Part shown: positions 25,722 to 44,759 of the stretch, in pieces
How the letters are laid out: the number at the start of each line of letters is the position of its first letter
Position numbering within the stretch: position 1 is the stretch's first letter
Source: Anolis carolinensis
Lineage: Eukaryota
Assembly (NCBI RefSeq): GCF_035594765.1
Contig: NC_085846.1
Location: 13,751,190 to 13,815,189 of the forward strand
Length of the DNA: 64,000 nucleotides
Direction: 5' to 3'
The notes under the pieces: generated by a model
The model's input: only the letters and a program-made list of their open reading frames with translations
Database searches by the model: none
Told to the model about the DNA's origin: nothing
Program-made: the position numbers and the translations under genes

Positions 25722-28624
25722 ATGATGTTATGAGTATTTCTGCTTACTCCAGCTTCTTCATCCTTAAGTCTTGCTAAGATTAGGCTGGCTTTATCCTATT
25801 TTGTGATAGGTGAGCACAGGGACAAACCGCTAGATCTATGAATAAGGCACTTAAAACAGCAAAGCTATGGAACCAGCAAAGAAAATATTAGAAATAATAA
25901 TTCTACATTGAAACTAGCTGACATACTATACAAGGCATAGGCAAACTTGGGCCCTCCAGGAGTTTTGGACTTCAACTCCACCATTCCTAACAGCCTCAGG
26001 CCCTTTCCTTTTCCCCCTCAGCCGCTTAAGCGGCTGAGGGGGAAAAGGAAGGGGCCTGAGGCTGTTAGGAATGGTGGGAGTTGAAGTCCAAAACACCTGG
26101 ATGGCCCAAATTTACCCATGCCTGTACTACACTATAGAACAATCTTCTCTTATTCCACCCCACTCAGGATGTATTGGACTTCAAGATTAGAAATATTAAG
26201 GCTACATTGAAACTAGCTGACAAATTATGCTATATAATAATCTTATGCTGTTATTCCACCCCATTCAGGATGTCTTGGACTTCAATTCCACTACATTTAG
26301 CTACTATGAGCCCACTGGCTTGGGTTGATGGAAATTTTAGTCCAACACATCTGGAGTAAAGTGGCAGATTGAGGAAAGGCTATTATGCAAGCAGCTGCAG
26401 CGAGGTCATGGAATTAACTTCTTTCACAGCAGCAGCAGCTGTACGTTGGTTTGACGAATGTTAAGATTGCCCATCATTCCTTCATAGGAATCAAGAAAGA
26501 CTTTTCAGTTTTATCAATAGAAAGAAAGGTGGGACAAGTGTTTGGGACCATGACTTGATGGAGTATGGAGGAAATAATGCCTCAATATGGCTGATGGGAA
26601 GGTCAATCCAACAACAGTTGAAGGGGGAAGAGCAGGGATTACCCTGCTTCTGGTGTATAATTTTAAAATGGGCTCTGGGAATTCAGAAACACTCACTTTT
26701 AGCACATTTTTGACTTCTTGGACCCACAGCTCCTGTGGAAAATCTGGGAGACAATGGACTCTACACCCTCTGGACGACTCTGGTTTGATTATCCTGATTC
26801 AAACAAAAAGAAGATCCTGGCCATTTATAAGTACATTGGAGAAGAGCCGGAATTTGTTGCCCCGAGTGAGATTCTCTTCCTGCCTCATAAAAGCCCATTG
26901 ATTTCCCTCAACTTGGGGAGGGAAAAAAGTCTTATGGGAGGGACTGGAGTTTAAAGGTAGAGTGCATGGTTTGTCTGTCGTCCCTCCTGAGTTCAAACTC
27001 TGCCATCTTCAGGTAAGGAAAATACCCTCCTTGAAACTCTTGCTGTTGAGCATGGCAGATGAGAGAGACTAAAGGCACAGGGTTATTGCAGTTTGATACC
27101 ACTTTAACTGCCATGGCTCAGTACTGTGGAATCAAGGGATCTGTAGTTTGGTGATGCAACAGCACTGTGTTGTCGCCGGAATCGCAGAGTTGTGTGTTTT
27201 CTGGACTGTATGGCCATGTTCCAGAAACATTGTCTCTTGACGTTTCACCCACATCTATGGCAGGCATCCTCAGAGATTGCCTGCCATAGATGTGGGCAAA
27301 ACGTCAGGAGACAATGCTTCTGGAACATGGCCATACAGCCTGGAAAACTCACAACAATCCTACAACTATTTGTCAGTGAAAGCTAAAGGCCTTGTAAAAC
27401 TACAGCTCAGTGGTACCAAACTACATTAAATCTACAGTGTAGATCACTGGTTCTCAACCTTTGGGTCCCCAGATGTTTGGGCCTTCATCTCCCAGAAATT
27501 CTAACAGCTGGTAAACTGGCTGGGATTTCTGGGAGTTGTAGGCCAAAACACCTGGGGACCCACAGGTTGAGAACCACTGGTGTAACTGCACTTTAAACTA
27601 AATGGACCCGTGGCCTGACTATAGGAGGCAACTTTTTTGCAGAGCTTTTAAGAACATTCCCCTTTCAGATAATATTTCAAGAGCTGTTTCAGTTCTTCTG
27701 AGCTTTTTTGCTCCAGTCTTTTTGGTGTCCTGTGTTTACAAGGGTCATGCTGTGGCAGGAAAGGAATCTATGAGATGGCTTTTCTTCTGCTCTTACAGGT
27801 AACTTCCCCAACCTGCTGCGTACTATCCTAGTAGGATCTGTCATCATTATCCTGGCCTTCTTCGTCTATCAGATCATCTCAAAAGTGTATGTGTCTTCTT
27901 GCCCCTTGCCCAATGCATTCCAATTCCCCCCCCCCCCTTCCTGTTCACTTTGGAAGGTAGTCAGTGACACAGTTTGTGTCTTATACCAGATTGAGAGGTC
28001 TGAAGGGAATTGGGGCCCTCTTTTAGAAGAAAGCAATGTATGCTCCTTCAAAAACAGTAAGCCAGACCTATGAGTTTGGCAGTCCTGTTTGTTCTGCTGT
28101 GTGAGGTTCCATCCCTGAATCAAACTCCTATCCTAAAGTCACTATTGTTGCGAGCTTTTATAGAACCATATATTCCCAGCATTGGAAGAGACCCCAAGGG
28201 CCATCCAGTTCAACCCCCTGCAATGCAGGAAAATACAATCACAGCACTCCTAATAGATGGACATCCAGCCTCTGCTTAAAAGTTTCCAGAGAAGGAGATT
28301 CAATTGGAGTCACAGGCAGCATATTCCAGAGGGATAAATTTCAAATTGTTTCTGACTCACGGTGATCTTACACAAAACTATGACTGGGTTTTATGGGGCT
28401 GGGAGTAAGGTGACTTGCCCAGGGTTACCAGGTGGCTTTTCATGGCCAAGTGGGGATTTAAACTCTGGTCTCCAGAGTTGTAGTCCAACGTTCAAATTAC
28501 TACACCACATGGCTCTTGGTGACATGGTAAGAGGTAATGATATATTCTCACCCTTGGAGTTTTTTTAAAAAAATCTTCTTCCTGGCTTTCTTTCAGGCTC
28601 TTTAAGAAGTCAAACACAGGTTAA
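25722..28624 (+). CDS. FIMP1: FIMP1/C16orf92 (fertilization influencing membrane protein) homologue; 5' part possibly disrupted
   Basis: Exon 26730-26865 (..WFDYPDSNKKKILAIYKYIGEEPEFVAP), exon 27799-27886 (SNFPNLLRTILVGSVIIILAFFVYQIISKV, TM) and exon 28597-28624 (LFKKSNTG*) splice in phase. They resemble human FFDYPDSDQARLLAVAQFIGEKP / LFHHILVGLLVVAFFFLLFQ / FQKGA as recalled. The gene is tail-to-tail with TLCD3B, as in mammals. Candidate signal-peptide exon 25722-25809 contains an in-frame TGA, so the start is uncertain. Confidence 0.75.
25932..26124. mobile_element. Palindromic hAT-type MITE
   Basis: Near-perfect ~190-bp inverted repeat centred on CAGCCGCTTAAGCGGCTG; 8-bp TSD TACTATAC/TACTACAC. 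Confidence 0.8.
27189..27356. mobile_element. Penelope-derived palindromic mini-element with hammerhead-like motif
   Basis: Inverted arms about 27189-27266 and 27278-27355 of Penelope pseudo-LTR sequence. Confidence 0.75.
27425..27579. mobile_element. hAT-type MITE
   Basis: TIR CA(C/G)TGGTTCTCAACCT ... AGGTTGAGAACCACTG; 8-bp TSD-like GTGTAGAT/GTGTAACT. Confidence 0.75.
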
Positions 28625-30086
28625 ACAGTGGGGAAGTCCAATGCTGCTCCAACCAACCACCTACCAATATTGTTCTGTTTCCATAAAAGGCTCTACAGAT
28701 GCAAGTATTTGTGTACAAGTATGAGCGACTGTGACAAACAAAGAAAACCTGAAAAGGAGGTAGATCTGAGGGGTGTAGTTACGGGACGCTCAAGGATTTT
28801 AACAACAAGCAAATCTAGTTGAGGCATCTTGCAGAGAATTGGAAAGTTTAGCTGACAGAGCAATAAAGACGCACAGTGGCCCTTGTCTGGCATTGGATAA
28901 CGGCTCCTTTAATACTTTGCAGAGTTTGGGTTATTATAAATGCACCCTACCCAGCCCCTATTTACAGCTGGATCCCTGCCCCTACGGAGTGGGGATTTCT
29001 AGGGGGAGAGGAGCAAGGGGATTATGTGCTGAACGGGGGAAGGGGTGGCAAGAGCAGAGGGAGGGACGTTTCCCTGCTTGGTTATTGCTAAGTGGGGGGA
29101 GCCATACATATGTCAGAAAAGCATTCTTCTGGTCAAACTTCTCAATGCAAAGGAATAATATTTTAATACACTTTGCGGATGTGCTGAGAGGGTAACATTT
29201 CAGTAATACTGATGATCCCTTTGTATTGAGCGGCATCCAAAAGTTCTGGGGGTATTTCCCTTATTGGGCAAGCCTATGAGAATGAATGATACTACCAATA
29301 AAAAAACCTAAGAATTCCAATAATAAGAGCATGGGGGGGTATTCAAACCCCTCTCTATTTCCCCTATACTGCAGCTTGATAGATAATACTGTAGGGAGAG
29401 GGGAGGAAACAAGCCAGCCTTTATCTGATTTCCCCCGCCACCCTATCATTTGCAGTTCCTTCTTTCTCCAGGTAATGGAATCACCTTTTACCATATTGGC
29501 AGGCTTTTCCCCTTGCTCGGTATATATTTGGATTATTCTGGGTCATTACTGTAACTGCGTGGCAAGAAATAGCAGTTTGGCAAAGCCCATGACACTCTTG
29601 GGACACCCTTGTTTAATCTTATAACTCTTCTCATAGCCCTGGCCAAAAATAATAACTTCAACCATATTCTGTTCTAGGTGTTTAGGTCTCCTGTACCTGA
29701 CTGGCCAGTGTGTGTCTCCAAAAAACCAAAAAGATATTCCCTATATTTTCTTTTGGCTTGAGACTTTACTCTCCCCCCCCCCCCCCCCCCCAACCAACCC
29801 TGCAACCTTAACAAAAAATACTGACAAGTGATGCAAAATCAGAGGGTTGCCTTTGGCAGACGGATCCCACACTAAACCCTAGAGATTGATTTTGGTTTTC
29901 TGTGCCCTCCAAATACTGTTGTGGGAGACCCCCCCCTTCCCTTTCCAGCCCCTCCCAAATCTCCCTTTGGCCTTAGGAGCCTACTCCTCCCCATCCCCAA
30001 TCAATCCAGTCCCTCCCGTACCCCAATAAATAAATAAGTTAAGGGGAAATGTGGTCTGTCCATTTGCGGCGGAGGGAAAGAAGTCA

Positions 30087-36362
<6,276 letters not shown>

Positions 36363-36364
36363 TG

Positions 36365-36960
36365 CGGGCAGGGAAGGAAGGGATGGAAGGAAGGGATGGA
36401 GGGGAGGGATGGATGGAGGGGAGGGAGGGAGGAAGGGAGGGAGGGAGGGAGGGAAGAGGGGGCAGCAGGAGAGGGGCAGCGAGGAGGAGGGGGGTCAGCG
36501 GGGCTGGGGGGGACCCTCCGGTCGGTCCCCAGGAGGCAGGCTCATGGTGGTCCCCAAGGGTTGGGCCAGGATGGGGAGGATGGAGAGAGAGAGGAGGGAC
36601 CCGGGTTGGTCCCAAGCAGAGCTGCTGTGACAGACAGACAGACAGAGAGGGAGGGAGGGAGGGAGGGAGAGGGAGCCCAGGGAAACAGGGAGGGAGGGTG
36701 AGCAGCTGTCAGACAGGAGCCCTTAAAGAGACAGCAGCAGGGGAAGGGAAGAGAGCCTCTGCTTGTGCTGCTGCTGTTGCTGCTGCCGGGCAGAGAAGAT
36801 CTCTGCAGGTGCCACGGAAGCAGAGGAGCCAGGCTGCAAGCTGGGAGGGGAAAGGGGGGTCAGGTTGGCATCCGATGGATGGGGGTGCTTAAGGGGGGAG
36901 GAGCCAGGGAGAGGGAGGGAGGCTCAGAGCGAAGAAGCAGCTCAGTCAAGCCAGTGGGCT
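36365..36960 (-). promoter_or_regulatory. Proximal TLCD3B promoter/5' UTR with purine-pyrimidine (GGGA)n tracts
   Basis: GC-rich, strand-asymmetric GGAG/GGGA repeats directly upstream of the ATG at 36362. Confidence 0.5.
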
Positions 36961-37739
36961 CAGGGGTTGTGAGCCAGATTTTTATGGCCCTTTGTTTTAT
37001 CTGTACCTTTTAACTTGTAACTATAAGGAGAGGCAGGTAACAAATACAAAGTATCCATGTTATATTATTATTGTTATTATTGTTATCCCTGTCTTTAACT
37101 CCCTGCCCTCTCACTCCTTGGCTTGGCAGGGAAGTCAGGCTCCCAGGACAGTCCGGCTAATCCCATAATCCTGGCCTGGTTTGCGGGATCAGGTCTGCAG
37201 CTGCGGGGGAGGGAGGGAGGGAAGAGGGAGGGAGGGAGGAGAGGAGGTAAAATAGTCCAGGGTGAGAGGGCAGGAAGGAAGGAGTTAGAGGCTCTCTTTA
37301 ACCCCTTTTCTCCTCCCAAGGTATTAAAGGCTGATCCTCCACCTGCTGAGCAGGTGACCCTGGTGTGACCTTTGAGAGGTGGGTGGAAAGGAGCCTAGAT
37401 GTGGGGAAGGGAGAGGTGGCTGGAGGTAACTGGCACCACACTGACACCTCACGGCAGACACACACATTGCATTTCATAGCATGCATCTACACTGTAGAAT
37501 GAACACGGTTTGACACCACTTTAACTGCCATGGCTCAGTGCGACTGTGGGAATTGGAGTTTGGTGAGGCACCTGCACTCTTTGAAGGTTAAAGACCTAAA
37601 AAACTACAGTTCCCAGCACTGGCAGTTAAAAGTGGTGTCAAACTGCATTTATTCTACATTGTAGATGCACCCCCAGAATCTGGTTTTAAGAACTCTCTCA
37701 CACATTCACACAATATTTTGGAGAACCCAAGCCTCTCAC

Positions 37740-40037
37740 CTGGATGACAAATAGACTGCATTCAGGTCCTCCATTTTCCCGACGTGAAGAAAGAACCACC
37801 GAAGCAGGCAGAAGAATGCAGGATAGGTGACTAGACCCAAAAAAAAGTTGTAGGGGAACTGCAAAAGCTAGAGGAGGAAGGTTCTAAATATTAGACTGGT
37901 GTTATTGATGATGACAGTAACAGCCTTGTCACACTCCTAGGCAAAGGAGAACTTCTTCATCTCTTAGGGTGAATCTACACTGTAGAATTAATGCAGATTC
38001 ACACCACTTCAACTGTCGTGGCTCAATGCAATGGAGTCAGTGTGATGGAATCATGTGAGCTGTAGTGTTACGAAGTCTTTGGTCTTCTCTGACAAAGAAT
38101 AGTGGCTCCTCACCAAACTACAACTCTTGGAATTCTCTAGCATTGAGTCATGGTAGTTAAAGTGGTTTCAAACTGCATTAATGCTACAGTGTGGAGCCAC
38201 CTTTCATCAATGTGGGTTTATGAGGACTATAACAACCCCTAGCTACTGAGGTCAATGACAAGGCGTGCTATGCTCTGTCCTTCAACAATATCTGGAGGGC
38301 CATGTTTCCAGTCCTTATTTTATTTCTTCAACATACCACCTTTGTAAGCATACTTCGGCAATTTGGTTGTGCTTCCTTAAGTGTCTGTCAATGGAGAACA
38401 GACCCATCTACTAGTGGCTTAGCCATGATAGTTAATAAAAGGAAACTTCCACTGACAAAGGCAATAGACTTCTGTAAGTACAACTGGGGGAAAACAATGA
38501 ACGGGTAACCATGATTGTGCTCTGAGTCCACAATATGGAAACATTACTATTTGGTAACATGTTGGCTGGGTGGCTCTAGCAGTTGTAGTCCAAGAAAATC
38601 CAAAATACACATTGGTGATACTCCTATTAGGCTACCCGAAAGGCACAAAAACATTAAACTTTAGAGTCATAAAAACTTGCATCTTGTGATTTTGGATGTT
38701 TCCAGGAGAGTGTTTTCATACAAGCAAAAAGGTTAGGACTTAGCACTTCGGCCCAGATAGGCTGAAGAGCAACAGGAAGCAAGTTGTAAAGAAAGTCATA
38801 TATTTTCAGTATTTCATTGTACCATAAAGTCTCTTCTCTTTAGATCTATTCTCATCATGTCCACTGAAACCAAAAAGCCCTTATTTTGCAAATGGTTGTT
38901 CAGATCTCTTCTACACCACACAATTATAACACTTTGATATTACTTTAATATCAAAGAATCTGAGTGTTGGGATTATTTTAAGAACTAGAGCTTTCTTGCA
39001 GAGAAAACTAAATCATCAAAGAAAGCCATGTACTCCAGAATTTCATAGGATGGAGACTGTTAAAATGCAATAAAAGTGGTATAGCTGTGTTGTGTGAAAG
39101 TAAAGTTCAGAGGTATCATAGCAAAACAAAGGCTGCTAATCTATTTAGGTGCCGTGTGGGGTTGATCTGACACGGCAGTTTGCTTATTAGGCCTTTAACT
39201 AGTCCACTGTAAGCAATGTTTGCTCTTGATTAAATGGATTCAAATGCTTCCCTTGCAAAGTCTATTAATAGTACATGAATTGCTCTGCTGAATCAGGCCA
39301 AACGGTGCATCTAGAGCTCTTTAAAGGCTAGAACTTTTGAGGCAGCTCTCTTCTGGGAACTGTTTTGAGGGAAATGACAAAACACGGTGGTGAAGCCCTA
39401 CTCCCAGGAGGAATAGTTGAAGGAGCATGGTATGTTTACCCTGGAGAGTAGACAATTAAAGGGCAATCCCTACTGTATTCATCGATAGGGTAGAAATACT
39501 AAACTCATCACAATCATTTTTGCTATAGGATAACCTAAATATGCTGAAGGCACCAGGTATCATCTCATATGGGAAGTTAAGCAGGTTCTTCTCTGTTGAC
39601 CAGGCATGAGCCAACGTCAGCCCTCCAGGTGTTTTGGACTTCCACAATTCCTGGCCTCAGGCTCCTTCCTTTCCCCCCTCAGCCGCTTAAGTGGCTGAGG
39701 GGGAAAAGGAAGGGGCCTGAGGCCAGGAATTGTGGGAGTTGAAGTCCAAAACACTTGGAGGGCTGATGTTTGCCCATGAAGCCGGATATTAGAAATGCTG
39801 TCACAGTAGATGTTAAACTTAATGACCTTTGAGGTTACTCCCAACACTTATATGTCTCTTTCTTGGACTTTGTTTCCCTCCCAACACCATACTGAAGTCT
39901 CCTTTCCTTCAATTGATAAAGCTTCTCTTCTCTGCCGTATTATAAATGGATTTCCATATATGAGAAACCCACTGACTCACCTGTTTTTCTGCCATCCTAA
40001 CTAACAGGGCAATTGTGATCAATGATAGTACTGACAT
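37740..40037 (-). CDS. TLCD3B: Alternative N-terminal coding exons of TLCD3B (distal-promoter isoform)
   Basis: Exon 40087-39981 (ATG at 40037 or 39995, ..MAEKQ, phase-0 donor GTGAGT) and exon 37858-37740 (FPYNFFLGLVTYPAFFCLLRWFFLHVGKMEDLNAVYLSSR, phase-2 donor GTGAG) fit the acceptor of exon 35130-35047. The second exon aligns with canonical exon 1. Confidence 0.6.
39601..39785. mobile_element. Palindromic hAT-type MITE
   Basis: Same family as 25932-26124. Confidence 0.75.
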
Positions 40038-41214
40038 CGTGCGTCTTCCTCTATGGAGGGTTCCTCATAGTCGCAAGAGATCCTTCCCTAAAGAGACAAT
40101 TCAAATGTCATTTAAATCTCATCATGTACAAGAATTCGACTTCCGTAGTACTGAAGCAACCAAATTCCCAGTGCGGACGTAATTAAGCCAACAAAAGAAA
40201 TTAATGAGGCAACATCATGATGGACTACTTAACAACTGAAAGTGTATTTAATGCAGTTTGATACCACTTTAACTGTCATGAATCCTAGGAGTTGTAGTTT
40301 GGGGGGAAACTGACATTTTTGGGCAGAGAAGGCTAAGGACTTTGTAAAATTACAACCTCTATGATTCAGTAGCTTTGAATCATGGCAATGTCAAACTGCA
40401 TTTATTCTACGATGTAGATGAATCCTGAAGATTAGTGTTGGAGCAGAAAGTTCAAATGTCTCCTTATGGGCAAGGATGACTTGGGAATGGCAATTTCTAC
40501 CTAATCTACGTTATGATGATGACTGAGTGACCCAGGTAAAGATGAATGGAATAATTTGATGGTTTAAATATCAGACTAGGATGGAATTTCCGCTCAGATA
40601 TAAAAATCCATTGTCTAATCTGGGACAAGTCTCTCTCTTTCTCATTCATAAAGGCAATGGCAATTGCACTCTGAATACATGGTGAGCAAAACAATCCGGA
40701 ACAAAACTAGTACAAGCAGTCCCCAAGCTTTGGTTAGCATAGGGAAGGCTTAACACCCCTGTGGTGTTTGTTTTGCTGTCTGTGCCCACTCAGAAGATTT
40801 CCCCTCACTTTCTGTCCCTGTGATAATTGGAAATTTACAAATTTGGCTTGTTGTGGAAACAAGGATTGGTGAGAAAGCTCCAGTAGAGACATGTTTTCCC
40901 CATAATAATAAGTCTTCCAGGAGTAAATTTCTCTTCCTGTTGTCTCACCTCTGTTCTAATTTATGAGTTGTTTGTAAGTTGGATGTTTGTAACTCAGTGA
41001 CTGCCTGCATTTTTAAAAAAATCTATTACACGACTAACATAAACTGGAATCTGCTTTGTCACTGATGATAAGATATATCTGCCACCTTGAACTCCTTAGT
41101 ACAAGGATAGGGAATCTCTCTCAGCTCAGGTATCAAATACATTTTAAAATAAATAAAGGGGGACATTTTAGTGGTGGAAAGGGTCCAAAGCAATAGTGAG
41201 GAATTATGTTAGAA

Positions 41215-41348
41215 TAGGGATGGACAAATTTTGGCCCTCCAGGTGTTCTGGACTTCAACGCCCACAATTCCTAACAGCCTACCGGCTGTTAGGAATTGTG
41301 GGAGTTGAAGTCCAAAACACTTGGAGGGCACAAGTTTGCTCATGCCTG
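41215..41348. mobile_element. Palindromic hAT-type MITE
   Basis: Inverted arms; perfect 8-bp TSD TGTTAGAA (41207-41214 / 41349-41356). Confidence 0.85.
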
Positions 41349-41789
41349 TGTTAGAAGCTGCAGCTCAACACTTTCAAGCTTTAGTCCCAAGTAGAGTGGA
41401 CAGACCAAATCAATGGCTGAACGGGAAGTCAGCACTTATATAAACACCATTGATTCAAACTAGTTTCAGCTCAGGCCTTTCAGGCTACCTTTCAGTGTCC
41501 GGTTGCCAAGCGGTAATCGGGAGGACATCGCACCTTTACCATTAACAATGCATAAGCACTGAGATCAGGGTTTCTAGCATGGAACTAAAAGCCACTATTG
41601 ACCCAGAGTGGCATCCAATTCTCCCCTGGGATTAGTAGTTTCACAAGGCCTTCTCTGCCAAAGAGTGCCAGGAGCCATGGCAATTAAAAGTGGACTGAAA
41701 CTGCATAAATTCTACAATGTAAATCAAGCATGGGCAAACTTTGGCCCTCCAGGTGTTTTGGACTCCAACCTCCATAATTCCTAACAGCC

Positions 41790-43272
41790 GACTGGTTAGA
41801 CTACCACCTCACCTGCTTCAAAGGACTATCACCGCACCCGCTTCATAGAAAATCTGCTACAAAACAGGAGCTTTTTTGTTTAGTTCCAGGACCAGAGAAG
41901 CTGATGACAAAAACAGAACAGCTTGCCCCAGGGGAATGTGCATGCTCTATCAGTGTTCAACATTTACACAAATTTATTTATTTATTTATTTATTATATCA
42001 TTTCTACCCCGCCCTTCTCACCCCTCAGGGGACTCAGGGCGGCTTACAACATGAACATATATATCAAAACAATTTATATCATGTTTAAAAATCCATTTAA
42101 ATTAAAAACTTACATTAAAATTGAGAGCTTACATTTAAAAACCTACATAGTTATACATATAAATATACAAATGATCAGCTACTGCCAGAAGGGACAGAGA
42201 GTTTCATCTATGCTGATGATGGCGCCATCACCACTCAAGCAGGGAGCTTTGAAATGGTTAAACAGAAGCTCTCTGAAGCTTTAGGTGCTCTTACTACCTA
42301 TTACAGGGAAAACCAGCTGATTCCTAATCCATCAAAAAACACAGATGTGTGCTTTTCACTTTAAGAACAGACAAGCATCCCATTGGAGCATTGCAAAACA
42401 GCAAAATACTTGGGAGTTATCCTGGACCGTGCTCTGACTTATAAGAAGCATTGCTTAAATATTAAGCAAAACGTGGTTGCTATAAATAACATCCCACGAA
42501 AGCTGACTGACACAACCTGGGGATCGCAACCAGATACACTGAAGACATCTGCCATTGTGCTTTGCTACTCTGCTGCTGAATATGCATGCCCAGTATGGAA
42601 TACATCTCATCATGTTAAAACAGTGGATGTGGCTCTAAATGAGACATGCCACATTATCACAGGTTGTCTATGCCCTACACCATTGTCTATGCCCTACACC
42701 ATATACTGTTTAGCCCAGGCATAGGCAAACTCCGGCTGTTAGGAATTGTGAGAGTTGTAGTCCAAAACACCTGGAGGGCTGGAGTTTGCCCATTCCTGGT
42801 CTAGCCGGTATTGCACCACTTGATATCCGTCAGGAAGCAGCAGCCTGTAATGAAAGGACCAAGACCCATCTTCTGTCTGGATATCAACCAGCACGCCAAT
42901 TTCTTAAATCAAGAAACAGCTTCCTAAGATCTACAGAGAAACCCACAGAAATGCCTAAGCAAGCAAGAGTCCAAAAGTGGCAGGCTAATACCCAAAACCT
43001 CAATCAGTGGCTGATGCCGGACCGTAAGAAATGGGGCCACAAAGTGGAGTCCACGACATGCGAGTGTGGAGAAGAGCAAACCACAGACCACTTACTACAA
43101 TGCACCCTGAGCCCTGCAACCTGCACAATGGAGGATCTTCTTAAAGCAACACTACAGGCACTTCAAGTGGCCAGCTTCTGGTCAAACAAAACTTAGTATA
43201 ATGCCAAGTTTTAAACTTTGTGTTTTTAAATACATGACAACTATACCCTCAATTCACTTCTGATACAATAAA
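41790..43272 (+). mobile_element. Vingi/Ingi-like LINE 3' fragment with nested insertions
   Basis: FIYADD RT motif near 42203; KYLGVILDRALTYKKH; WGSQPDTLKTSA..CYSAAEYACPVW; C-terminal CECGEEQTTDHLLQC. Interrupted by a LINE tail (about 41970-42160) and a MITE (42716-42798, TSD GTTTAGCC/GTCTAGCC). Confidence 0.8.
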
Positions 43273-43639
43273 CCAGCTGTTAGGAATTGTGGGAGTTAAA
43301 GTCCAAAACAGCTGGAGGGCCAAAGTTTGCCCATATAATGTAACAGGACAAGGTATTTCAGCTCATGGTATCTGCTAGAATTTGGTTGGAGGTCACAAAA
43401 TTGCAAGTCCCATTATATAGAATGGAGTAGTAAAATGATGTCCCTTACACACACATTTATGTGGATTTTTAGAAAATATTTGCAGCCAAATGAATTATAT
43501 TTCCCTTCAGCGTCTATATCTGACTCTCCTTCGGGTAATTTGAATAAATTTGCCTGTCCCCGCCCCTCCAACGGGCCAATTAGGCAGCTGTGAAAGAAAC
43601 CTCTTCCCTTTGTTTCGAAACCATTAACACAAGGTAAAC

Positions 43640-43830
43640 AATGAAACGCTCGCCTTGCCCTCCTGGTTTTTATCTGCGACCACAGCGCCCTCTAATGGTC
43701 ACGCTAGCCTGTCGCCATCCGGGCCGGAGTTTGGGGCTACCATAGCAACGGCGAATTACCCGCAGTGGCGCGGGAGACCGGCGGGCGCCTTTTGCGCATG
43801 CGCGGCAACCACTACAGCCTGCTTAGAACC
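43640..43830 (-). promoter_or_regulatory. CpG-rich distal promoter (likely TLCD3B alternative) with CTCF, RFX and NRF1 motifs
   Basis: CTCF-like CAGCGCCCTCTAATGGTCA 43683-43701; X-box GCTACCATAGCAAC 43736-43749; NRF1 TGCGCATGCGC 43793-43803; minus-strand donor GTAATT at 43759. Confidence 0.55.
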
Positions 43831-44259
43831 TTAGAGATAGGAAAGGGTAAGAGAAGGATTGTGGGAGATTTTCCTACTCAGAAATGGTTTTGCCATTTAC
43901 TCTCCTCGGAAATAATGTTGTGGTTGTGGGCCTTCAAGTCCTTGCTAACATAAGTGACCCTATCATGGGGTTTGCTTCGCAAGACTTCCTCCTCTGAGGC
44001 TGAGTGAGTGTGACTAGGCCCAAATCACCCACTGGGTTTCCAAATCTAGCCTAGTCTTTTCCCCACAACAATTCAATTGAATTGGATTGCAAGGCGCATC
44101 AACCTCAAGACAGCCAGCAAAGTCATTGTCCCTTAAGGTCTGGTGGTCATTATTATTGCTGCAGGTCAACAGACTGGAGCGAAAGCAACAGAGAGTTTGG
44201 GCCACCTTAAAAGACTACAGTTTTCCAAAATCAGTAGCTAAACTCATCAAATGCAAACT

Positions 44260-44620
44260 ACGTTGCTGTGAGTTTTCCGAGCTGTATGGCCATGTCCCAG
44301 AAGCATTATCTCCTGACGTTTTGCCCACGTCCATGGCAGGCATCCCCGGAGGTTGTGAGGTCTGCTGGAAACTAGACAAGTGGTGTTTATACATCTGTGG
44401 AATGTCCAGGGAATGACCAGGTTTATATATCTGTGGAATGTCTGAACAAAAAAAAACCCCGGGAATTCCAGACAGGAAACAAGCAGGGCCAGCTAACATC
44501 TCCCAACAAAGGATTCCCCCAGGCAGGAAGCAGCTAGGCTTTGAAGCTGCAAGGCCACTCAATGCTAATCAAGATGGCCAATTGCAACATTTACACTTGC
44601 CTCCAATAGACAAGAGTTCA
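44260..44620. mobile_element. Penelope-like inverted fragments
   Basis: Minus-orientation pseudo-LTR followed by a plus-orientation segment. Confidence 0.7.
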
Positions 44621-44759
44621 TTCTTGATGACTTTACTGATTCGCGTGACAAATTATTAACATAATATTTTAACGATTAATACAGTTCAGTTCCAAAACGC
44701 AACCCAAAAGTCATAGTCTACGTGTCAGTCTTCAAAGTTTTCTGCTCCATGGTCTCCTT

